Both the position numbers and the translations under genes were made by a program. The notes beneath the pieces are model-generated. The model searched no databases. It had not been told where the DNA came from and was given only the letters and a program-made list of their open reading frames with translations. Below, one piece after another: positions 23,516-34,230 of a DNA stretch of 64,000 bases (position 1 is its first letter; each line of letters opens with the position of its first letter). The DNA is from Podarcis vaucheri (Eukaryota). The DNA is taken from the NCBI GenBank assembly GCA_965113315.1, contig OZ220363.1. One strand, given 5' to 3'.

Positions 23516-25771
23516 TAGGGTTCATGAGCTTGTTGGATTCCCCCCCCCCCCGCCCCAGTACCAGAGATGAAAAACAATGCAGGGAAACATTTAAATGGAA
23601 GCAGAGTGTGGCCTCCACAAAATAAGAAGCGTGTTTGTGTATGTTTTCAGACCGTGCTTCCCTCTGCTTCCTGATTGCTGGCTGCTTAATAAGCTAACGA
23701 AGCTCTCCAGTGATGTAAGATCACAACGTGTTCATGCAGAGTTTTATCTTTTCCTTTTTTATTTTTTTGCTGTGGGAGGATTTTATTGCAATGATTTAAA
23801 TGATGGGGGATGACACGTGTTGTGATTTATCATCCTGGACAAGAACAGGGGAGGAGTAGCTTTGCCAGGTCAGAGAGTTCATTGCGCCTAGCATCCTTTC
23901 TCTGATAATGGCCAGTTCCAGATGCTTTTGAGGAAATGTTTTAACAGCATGGGGTACTAACCGGGAACTCCAGTCTCTGTTGATCACTTCCAGCCTGTTG
24001 GAAGCTGATGTTTTTGGGAGAAGAACATACGAGTTCCCAGGAGCTTGCCTGCTTTTCCAAAAGCAACAATAGAGGGAGGTGAAAGACCAGAGCCAGCTTT
24101 TTGGGGTGGGGAGGGGTGGGGGGATACTATCCAGTGACTAGATATTAGTTCAAGTCTAGACACTAAGTATTTATAGCACCCCTTTCTGATTAAGAATCAT
24201 GAATGATAATCAGTGACATTTTAATAGGGTTACTTGGGAAATCTGGAAACTATTTGTAACTCCAAGGTGCCAGTCATATTTGTAGCAGCTGGAATCAGAA
24301 ATTGTGCCAGCTTTATGCAATGAAAGAAAATAAAAGGATGGAAATTCAATTATGTTTAAAATATCAGATTTTTGAATATAAAAAAGGATTTGTGCAATTT
24401 AAAAAGCTCAATTACATTAATGGTCTTTTGTTTAAAAATGTAGTTTGCAACAAATCTGAATTAAGAAAAGAAACCACTTAGACTTAAAATATTTGATCCT
24501 TTTTTATAGATAGCAAAACAGGGTGATCACATATTCTTCTCTAATTATGCCTCCATAATTCTCTGTGTCTGTTTTAGATTGTAATCCTTTTAGGAAAGGG
24601 ACCCATCATACCTGTTCTTTATACTGTGCCATCTACAAGGAAGGCTCTATGTCAATAAATCTGCAGCCCAAAATCAAACGCTGCATTAAAGGTGTTGTTT
24701 GCACAACACAGCAAGCCCAAATAAGTGGGAGATTTCTACAGCTATTGACATGCGCCCACAACTCTCCACCCTCCATTCAGGCAAGCAAGAGTTGATGGGA
24801 GACATTCTAGGCAGACAAATGAACCAGAGTAAGGTTTGGAGCAGGACAGGTGAGGGGTGTCACCTGGGAAAAGGGGGTGCGGCTTTGGGGAGAGTGTGAC
24901 CTGGTAAGAGGCATGGGGACCAGAGAGCAATAGTGACTAGTAATGGTCTGCCACTGTGCATCTGACTTCCAGGCAACAGAAGCACTACTGCTTACTAGGA
25001 GAGGTAAGGGCAAGCAAGGTGGTGGGGATGTTGGCACTGTGTGGGAGCAGTACCAGGGCCCCTGCCCTTCAACCCTTCTTCTAAGTGGCAGCTACTCTGC
25101 TGCTGGGAGGTCATTTGTGTGGCAGTGCCCCTCCTTGCTGGTTGCTACAGCCAGACATAGGAAGTCTTGATGGCCGCATTTACCCTTTGGACCTCAGGCT
25201 CCCCACCCATGTTAAACAGTTGGTATATAACCAAATGTATATAATTTTGCAGTTCAAAAGGCACGTTATGGCTTTGACCAAAGGTTCTGTCATATGCTCC
25301 TATATAAATGCCCTCTTTAAATGAAAACCGTTATATTCTACCAACCAGGTAGCAAGATGTGCAAAACCTTTTTCTTGGTGAATTAAACTGCAGATTAAAC
25401 ATTCCTGATTTTATTTAAATTGCCTTGGTTCGAACTTTATAAATTTAATAAAACAAACAATTTTGCATGTTCCATGCATAATTGCAAATTAACCATAGGT
25501 TACGGTAATTTTCCCTTCATGGAGATACAGTAATTTCCTGATAGGAAACTGAATATTACAATGTATGGAAAGGGTGTGTATATGTGTTCAAATGGTTTTA
25601 TTCTCTTGGAACATTGACTGGATGTCAGATATTCAATCCTCTGGGTACCCTTGGAGAAAAGGGCATTTGACTATCCATGTCTTTTCTTTGGGGAGGTTAT
25701 AGCTGTGTAAGAAAAGCTAGTACATGAACTGCCTTCAGATACAAGCTAGAGGACTGTGCGGTTAGGCAGCT

Positions 25772-26592
25772 TAGAATCATAGAATTGTAGAGTTGGAAGG
25801 GACCCTGAGGGTCATCTAGTCCAACCCCCTTTCAATGCGGGACTCTCAGCTAAAGCACCCAAGACAGAGGGCCATCCAACCTCTGCTTAGAAACCTCCAA
25901 GGAAGGAGAGTCCACAACCTCCTGAGGGAGCTTGTTACACTGTCAAACAGCTTTTTCTGTCAGAAAGTTTGGTTGGAATCTCCTTGCTTGTAACTTGAAT
26001 AAACTGAATATCCAGAGCGGGAGAAAACAAGCTTGCTCCATCTTCCATAGGACAACCCTTTAGATATCTGAAGACGGCTATCATATCTCCGCTCAGTCTC
26101 CTCTTTTCCAGGTTAAACATACCCAGCTCCCTCAGCCGTTCTTCATAAGGTTTGGTTTCCAGACTCTTGATCATCTTGGTTACCCTCCTCGGCACACATT
26201 CCAGCTTGCCAATAGCTTTCTTTAATTGTGGTCCCAGTATTCCTGGTGTGTTCTCTATAAGGTGGTATAGAGTGGTACTATTACTTCCCTTGATCTGGAC
26301 ACTATCCTTCTGTTGATGCAGCCTGGAATAGCATTAGCTTTTTTGGCTGCTGCATCACACTGTTGACTCATGTTAAGCTTGTGGTCCACAAAAACCTCTA
26401 GATCCTTTTCACACATACTGCTAGTAAGCTAGGTGTCCCCCATCCATCCTATATTTGTGCATCTGGTTCTTCCTGCCTAAGTGCAGAACCTTAGATTCAT
26501 CCCTATTGAAATTCATTCTGTTAGTTTGGGCCCAGTTCTCCAATCTGTTAAATTCACCTTGAATCCCAATTCTGTCTTCTACGGCATTAGCT
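25772..26592 (-). mobile_element. CR1 LINE 3' fragment (RT thumb / ORF2 C-terminus and 3' UTR)
   Basis: ORFs RRVTKMIKSLETKPYEERLRELGMFNLEKRRLSGDMIAVFRYLKG and RLENWAQTNRMNFNRDESKVLHLGRKN. Antisense (ATTCTATG) tail agaatcatagaat. Confidence 0.92.
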
Positions 26593-29500
26593 GCGCTGAG
26601 CATTTCATAATATTGGAGCTCTTTTCCATAATTTTAATTTGAATTACCTCTAAAGTGAAGCAATTTAAATGGCTACTACTTCACATAAACAGAAAATATC
26701 TGCAAGTCCTAAGTTAGCAACTCTCTCAATATCCTTGGGTTGCCTGCTTCCCTGCGCCACCAATTATAATTTCCCATTACGATCAGATGTGTTCATCATT
26801 TCCTCTGGGAGACAAAAATTTGCTTGGGTTGATGTGTGTGCAGGTGAGTGATTTGAGCAATATCACCTCATTGTATGTGTTCAGTCTTGTCAAAGCTCTT
26901 TTGCTGTCCTTCAACCCTGAAACATAGTTATTCAGTTAAAAAATTGGCTGTGGCTACAGCCCTGGCTTTATTTGTCTGCTTTCAAAAAAAATGCTAGATG
27001 CTTACAGTTCTTCATATGGATTCCTTGTGTGCTAGGCAGGCAGCTAAGGTTGCCTGGCAACCATGGCCTCCTCCCAAACTTGCATGGGAAATGGTAAAGA
27101 AAGAACTGGATTAGAGTTCTTCTCCTTGAGTGCTGTGGTAAGTGCAGTGCAACTTGGGAAAAGAACACAAGAGCAGCCATGTTTGGTTCGGGCAGTAGGC
27201 CATTCAATCCTGTGTCTTTTGACAGTGGTTAGATTTGAGTTTTTCAAGACATTTTAATGAGCAGGGTACTTCATTTCCAAGCTGCAATCAGTGGTGTGAT
27301 TTTGGTGGGAAATGGGGAAATATTAAAACAATACTAATCAAATTTTGGGAGGATTAGAAATCAAAAGATTTCTGGAGTGAAATGTTGATGCTCAGGACTT
27401 CACTAGACTTTTTTGCACTAAGGCAACAAACAAGGGAGCACTTCTCTGATCTGTCCAGTATTGGCCGCAGTTAGAGGCAGGTGCTGAACTGGGTGGATCA
27501 TTATTACTGCTCTGGTTCATGCTGGCTGGGCCTCATTCTGCTATCCCTCAAAATATTAAACAGCTTGACAAAAGTCAAATGGGCCTGGGGATGCAATCCT
27601 TGCCCCACTTCAACACACTGGAGCTTACTGCTAAGTAAACATGGGGAAGATTGTGTTACTGTTGGAATTTGTGTTCAAGGTTAAAATAATCATCTGTCCT
27701 GACTGCTGATGGTTTACTCTGAAGCACCAGTAAGGTCTTTCTTCCAATATAGTTCCTGGCTCTCAGAGAAGGCAGAACACATGGATTTCAAAGTCCATGC
27801 CCTAAGTCCATGCTCTTACTAACAGCACATTTGAGGACTCTTTGCTTCAGCAAGTAAACTCAGCTGCCCTTGAGTGCAAAGCTGATAGGTTTGGGGTATA
27901 AATTTTCTTAATAAATGAACAAACTAGTTCTTGTCCCCGTGGTTAGCCCCAGGCAAGATTGATTTCCTATTCATGTAGCTCAGGGAGGACACAGTCCTTG
28001 TGCTTTAGTAAACCTCTCTTGCCTTTCAGTGGCACCCGTGGCCTGTAAACTTAATGAGAATAATCACTCTTAATTAGACAGCAATTTAAAAGGCAGCAGT
28101 TGAGCTCTTGATTGGGGAGCCCTGCAGTAAAAACATGTTATGTGAGTGTGGCAGATGGAGGGGAGGGTGTGGCTCAAGGGGAGAACTGCATTGGGATAAA
28201 GGGAAGGGAGAGTTAAATGAGGGTTCAAGAAGGTTGTTTGTTTATTGCTACAGAATGAAAAGCAAACCGTTGAGCAACTTTATAACAAGACTATGGGGGA
28301 AATCAAAGGCATAAGAAAGCGAAACTGTTTCTTTCCCCAGTGTCAGCCACATAGGGCAGCATTAGAGAAGCAGTAGCAGATGGCATAATGGGGCTTACCT
28401 GATCTCTTGGTAAGTAAGTCATTGCTGCTTACTGGAAGGGGCAAGGAAGAGGGGGTGGAATGAGCCAGATGCACTATTAGGAGTGCCAGATTGGCTCAGC
28501 AGGTACGTTTGTACTGTGATGACCTCATTCCATCAGTCTCGCCTCCCCCCATAAGCAGCAGTGACTTGCCTGCCGGGAGGTCAGGTAAGTGCCTCCACCC
28601 CACCAATGTCATCTGCTACTGTGGAGAAGGCATCTTTCATTCTGACCACAACTGGTGACAAGGGTCATGTCTTCTATTTGCAGGTGGGGATGGTGAACTT
28701 ATGTGGTACCTTTGTCCTTAACAGCTGTATTGGGTGCGGGGAGCACAATTTAAGGTCCCAGCTCTTGGTCTTGTGGTAATGAAGGACTTATTTTCACCCA
28801 GTTTGGGTCTTGCTTTTGCAGATGCCTCTCTGCCTAAGATGATAGTGGGTTTCATTCAGAAAAACCACCTGCAGGTTGAGTTTATTTTATACAAGTGTGA
28901 TGCTGTGGGTACTTGGTTCAGGCTATGCTTTGTAGTACCACACATCCCAGTGGTAAAACCAGCAACAGTTGGCAAATAATGGGCTACTATATGTGCCTTA
29001 TGGGTTCTACCACCAAATTGCAATGTTACCTCTCTACGATGGGCCTTAGGGGGCAGTCTAGGCCTTTGGAGGATTGCCCTAACACTGCATTGTCTTTATG
29101 CTGCATAGACACTAGTATCCTTTTGTCCTCCATGCACTAACAACAGGACTGCCTTTACTTCAAAGGTTCACTTATCAGATCATTGGTTCATTTAGGCCCA
29201 TGTTGTCCACACCGATTGATGGTGGCTCTTCAGGGTTTCAAAGAAGGATCTCACCCAGTCCTACCTGGAGAGGCAAATGATTGAACCTTGGACCTTCTGC
29301 ATTCAAAGCATGTGCTCTACCACTGAGCTTGTGGCCCTTCCTCTCTTGATGTAGGACTTGGCTGGTCAGTTATATATCAGTTTGCTGGATGGATTGGAGT
29401 TCATCTTATTAGCCGTGGGTCAGGAAGCAGCTTTGTTGTGTCTCTGTCTGCACTGAGGTCTTGTCCACACTTCCACTGGTCCCATGCCTAGAAAGCACAG

Positions 29501-30641
29501 GTCCAAGCAGTTTTCCACTTGTCCCACGCTTTCCAGGCATGGGTCCAAGTGGTTTTGCCTTTGTCCTGCCTCTTCCCCCTGGAAAAACCACTCTTAAGTG
29601 CTAAATTGGAGCAAATGGCCATCTGCAGATGCCATTTGCTCTAATTCAGTGCTAAGTTGCTGGTTTTCCAAGGGGAAAGCAGTGGGGTAAATAAAAGTAT
29701 GGCTGAGCCCTTATCTAATCCTCTTCAAGAATTTTGCTGTCTTTCACTTACGATATTCTGGCGCTGCTTGTCAGCACTCAAGCCCAGGCCTGTACCCAAC
29801 CTGAGACTTGGAACAATTTTGGATGGGCCTGTTCAAGGCCGTAGCAGTTATATTCCCCCCCCTCCATTCCTACTTTTGTGATTGAATTTCCCCATGGAAA
29901 GCTCTTTGGCTTAGATACCTTTTCCCTAGGGGGCTGGAGGTCACGAGGCCAAGGGAATAATTGACAAGGTCAACAGGCTAAAGTGCTGGAGAAGATGCTT
30001 TGGATATTGAGTGTGTGGGGTGGGGTGGGGGATGTCAAAGAGCCCCATGGGCTCCTGTCACTTTCTCTGAGGGGTGACTTAGTGCCTTTCCAGGCATGTG
30101 GCATGAGGATATAGGGATGAGGATAAGTGTTAGATGAGAGGCAAGCTTCCAGTTACAATTGCTTGCCAGGCCATCTGAGGCAGGCGATGCCGTGAGCAAC
30201 ATTCCCATGGCTCCCACTGATTGTAAAAAATGTGGGTTTCTTCCATCTTTCAGATCAGTCTCTGCCATCCTGGGGCTGATGTGAGTTGTGAGCACCAGGT
30301 TGGCAGAGTTTGTTTTGAATGATGATGGTAGTGTGGCAGTTTCGCCCAGGTGCTTGGGTACCATACACCCATGTCCCTCAGACCGTCTGACGGAGGTTTC
30401 ATTGCTCTTCCTGTCCTGCACAAATATTCTTAGGGTATTTTCTGAACCCCTGCCTGCTAACCTTTTGGATGCCACCAATTTAGCTTTGTTGCCCTACTTT
30501 CCCCCCAGCTCAGCTAAAGTCTCAGTAACTTCAATGTAAAAACAAACCGGGATTAATACTGTCCTTAACAAGACTCAGATAACTGGGGGGTGGGGGGGAT
30601 GGAGTGAAGGTGAAAATGTATAAAGAGTTCATTTTTAAAAA

Positions 30642-30937
30642 TTGCAGTTCAATCAATCCCCCCATATAAATAAACTGCTATAAATCTTTAATATGCCAAA
30701 TGTATTTCAACAGAGTCTTCCTCAGGGCCATATTTTTGCAATTCTGCAAAAATAAATAAAAACAACAAAAAAATCTCAATTTTGTGTTTACTTTGTTTTA
30801 TTTATTTTCCCTTGGATTGTAATATGTTATTAATATGTCACTGTGGAAGACTTTGTAGAAACCTGTTTGGCAGATTAAGGATTTATAGCAGTGTGTTTAT
30901 GTATATATATATCGTATGAGAGAACCATTGACCTGTA
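30642..30937. mobile_element. Palindromic Penelope-like remnant with two degenerate minimal hammerhead ribozyme motifs (30690-30734 minus; 30832-30876 plus)
   Basis: Long imperfect inverted repeat. Each arm reads stemI-CUG(A/U)GGA-stemII-GAAA-N4-UU-stemI'. Confidence 0.62.
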
Positions 30938-31608
30938 GTCAAAATGTTGTATTTTCTTCATAAATGTTTACCTTAAACTCATTTCCCCCTCCCAGTTACC
31001 CAGCAACTTCAACATAATACTGTCTCAAGGATGGATGTGTTCTCTCTGTCACCCCAAGTTTCACCTGCTTGATATATTCAGCAAAATGATGCAATTCCTT
31101 GCAGATATTTTCTTCCTCCCCTCCCTCTTTCCACTTCTGATGTCTCGCATCTGCATTTCACCCTCTGTAACCTCACATTGCATTCTCAACCCTGCTCCCC
31201 GAACTCTGGAAGAAGAAAAGTGAGGGTCTGGCTAGATGTTACAAGATACAAGCAGCTATTGCTGCTCAGTGTCTATTCCCAGCAATATCCAATTTGCTAA
31301 TTTGTTTTAAGAGATACAAATTAGATATCTGCTGACATTGAGGGTACACCAAAAAAGGAGGAGGAGGAGGGCTGGTTTAAAACTGAGTTGGAAAGCTCTG
31401 GTATGGCAGCATCATTGTACACTATTAATGTTTAAAAGTATATGCAGAGGCATTGAGTGGACGTCACATGAAGTCTTCCATTTTTGGAAGGATTGATTTA
31501 CTTTTACATTTCCACACTTCCCTCTTCAGGCATGAGGGAAAGGAGAGGGGGAAAATAGTGTTGGTTATCTGGATGAGTTGTCATATGTTTTTCAGCATGC
31601 CAAAGCTA

Positions 31609-32770
31609 ATGGACCATCTAGAGGAGTTGGGAGCTGGGGGCACTGATGCAGTGGTTCTGCTCCTTCCTCCTGGTCCGTGTTCAAAAAGTGGTGTTGGAGG
31701 AAGAGTGTTTGGACCCCATGGCTCTCACTTGTGGAGTGCCTCAGGGCTCTGTCCTCTCCCCCATGCTTTTTAACATCTATATGAAGGTGCTGGGAGAGAT
31801 CATCAGGGGGTTTGGGCTGGATGTCCACCAGTATGCAGATGATACCCAGCACTATCTCTCCTTCAAATTAGAACCAGTGAGGGCAGTGAAAGTCCTGTGT
31901 GAGTGTCTGGATGTGGTTGACGGATGGATGGTGGCTAACAGATTGAGGTTGAATCCTGACAAGACAGAAGTACTGTTCTTGGGGGACAGGGGGCGGGTGG
32001 GTGTGGGGCACTCCCTGGTGCTAAATGGGGTAACCGTGCCCCTGAAAGACTGAGTGTGCAGCCTGGGAGTCATTTTGGACTCACAGCTCTCCATGGACGT
32101 CAATTCTGTATCCAGGGCAACTGTTTACCAGCTGCATCTGGTACACCGGCTGAGACCCTACCTGACCACAGACTGTCTCGTCAGGGTGCATGCCCTGGTT
32201 ATCTCCCGCTTGAACTACTGCAATGTGTTCTATGTGGAGCTACCTTTGAAGGTGTCTCAGAAATTACAACTAATCCAGAATGTGGCAGCTAGGCTGATGA
32301 CTGGGAGCGGCCGCCGGGACCATATAACACCAGTCCTGAAAGATCTTCATTGGTTCCCAGTACGTTTCTGAGCATCGATTCAAATTGTTGGTGCTGACCT
32401 TTAAAGCCCTAAATAACCTCAGCCAAGTATACCTGAAGGCACGTCTCCACCCCCATTGCTCAGCCCAGACACTGAGGTCCTCCTCTGAGGATCTTCTGCT
32501 GGTTTCCTCACTGTGAGAAGTGAAGTTACAGAGAACCTTCTCGGTAGTGGCACCCTCCTTGTGGAACGCCCTCCCTTCAGATGTCAAGGAAATAAACAAC
32601 TATCTGACTTCTAGAATCTAGAAGACATCTGAAGGCAGCCCTGTTTAGAGAAGTGTTTAAGGACTGATGCTTTTTATTATGGTTTTAGTTATGCTGTAAG
32701 CTGCCCAGAGTGGGTGGGGAAACCCAGCCAGATGGGCGGGGTATAAACAAAAAAACCATCATTATCATTA
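31609..32770 (+). mobile_element. L2 LINE 3' portion including the RT domain (degenerate)
   Basis: GVPQGSVLSPMLFNIYM...YADDTQ...RLNPDKTEVL, then HALVISRLNYCN...QNVAARL...HITPVLKDLHW. Stop at 32051 and frameshifts. 3' end gatgggcggggtataaa. Confidence 0.93.
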
Positions 32771-33177
32771 TGTGATGTGTCCTACATTGTTTCTTACAAT
32801 GACAGCATGCGACTGGCAATGGGGTGCATGGCTAGATTTCATGGTGGCACAGGGACCATCGTTTAGAGGTAAAGCAGCAGTTTTTATACTTCCACATTTA
32901 TTTATTCATACTATTTATTTTGTGATTTACAGCATTTTATTGCCACCCCCGCACTTTGCTGAGAAGGTTCCCAGAGTGGCTTATGAAGATAGTAACACAG
33001 TCACAGGCTTACAATCTAAAAGCTATGACAGGCAAGGAGTACAGGGTTGGGGAAAGGAGGACAAAGGCAAGCTCAGATACCAGTTCTCAAAGTTTCAGTT
33101 CTTACAACAACTGGCTGAGATGGAAACAGTTTTTAGCTAGATGTTAAAATGCCACCGATAGCTGCTCCCCTACCAAG

Positions 33178-33179
33178 TT

Positions 33180-33230
<51 letters not shown>
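33178..33230. repeat. (TTTC)n microsatellite
   Basis: Direct reading. Confidence 0.95.
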
Positions 33231-33231
<1 letters not shown>

Positions 33232-33890
33232 ATAATAATAATTTTTAAAGCATAGTAGCACATAGGGATGCATTTTCACGATCAGCTGCTGCAAATGTAT
33301 TCAAATTGAACCATTTTGGGGGATCAAATTGACTGTGCATATTTGGTCTGAACCTCTGGTTTGGACTGCAGTCATGTTATCAAACTTACACAGCAAAGCA
33401 GCAAAGTCCTCTTCTGTGTTCTTATTGATTGGCTAGACTATATAAATAAGTTGGGATGGGATGGGAAGTTTTGAAGAAAAATCTTCTAGTGCTAGCTTGT
33501 ATGCAAATATTTAAATTTGATTTCTCCTTCCTTTTAACGTTTCTGTGGATAGAAAGAGAGAAGACAGGCAATTCAGAATATGTTCTCCCCTAGGATCTTT
33601 TCCTGATTGAATCATACAGGTCACTGGAGAAGGCCTCTTGCCCCTCCTGCCTTCAGCTGCTTCTCTAGTTGATGGCATTCAGTTCACTATGTTTGCTCTT
33701 TCCCTCTTGGCAGTTTTGGGGAAAAGGTCCTTGCCTGTACTGCACGCAACCTCTGCGATGTACCGTGTTGGTGGCCTTGCAAGAGGGTTCCCCCTCTGAT
33801 TCCTTGATTGCTGTCTGCAGTTGGGTGAAGAGCCTTGTGACAAAACAGTGAAATGCCAGGGCTGCTAACAGCACCTTTCTCCCACCTATG

Positions 33891-34230
33891 GGAAGAGCCA
33901 AATCCCAGTGGTTAGAGAATCCGCTTTGCACCCAAAAGGTCCTGGGTTAAATCCCCAGCATCTCACAGTAGGGCTGGGAATGTTCCTTGTCTGAAACCCT
34001 GGAGAGCCACTGGCAGTCAGTCTAGACCAGGCATTACCTAAACTCGGCCCTCCAGCTGTTTCGGGACTACAATTCCCATCATCCCTGACCACTGGTCCTG
34101 GTAGCTAGGGATGATGGGAGTTGTAGTCCCAAACAGCTGGAGGGCCGAATTTGGGGATGCTTGGTCTAGACAAAGCTGAACTGGAAGCACCAGTGGTCTC
34201 AGCTAATATAAGGCAACATCATATGTTCTT
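33891..34230 (+). mobile_element. tRNA-derived SINE with CR1-type tail (tatgttctt), interrupted by a hAT MITE
   Basis: cagtggttagag...gtcctgggttaaatcccc head, ggagagccactggcagtcagtctagac body. Confidence 0.65.
34028..34163. mobile_element. hAT-Charlie-type palindromic MITE
   Basis: Near-perfect hairpin (cggccctccagctgttt.gggactacaattcccatcatccct / agggatgatgggagttgtagtcccaaacagctggagggccg). Perfect TSD gtctagac, the NTCTAGAN target typical of Charlie. Confidence 0.88.

Noticed and set aside
31646-32371. Functional reverse transcriptase or domesticated gene
   Set aside because: 5'-truncated L2 with a stop codon and frameshifts.
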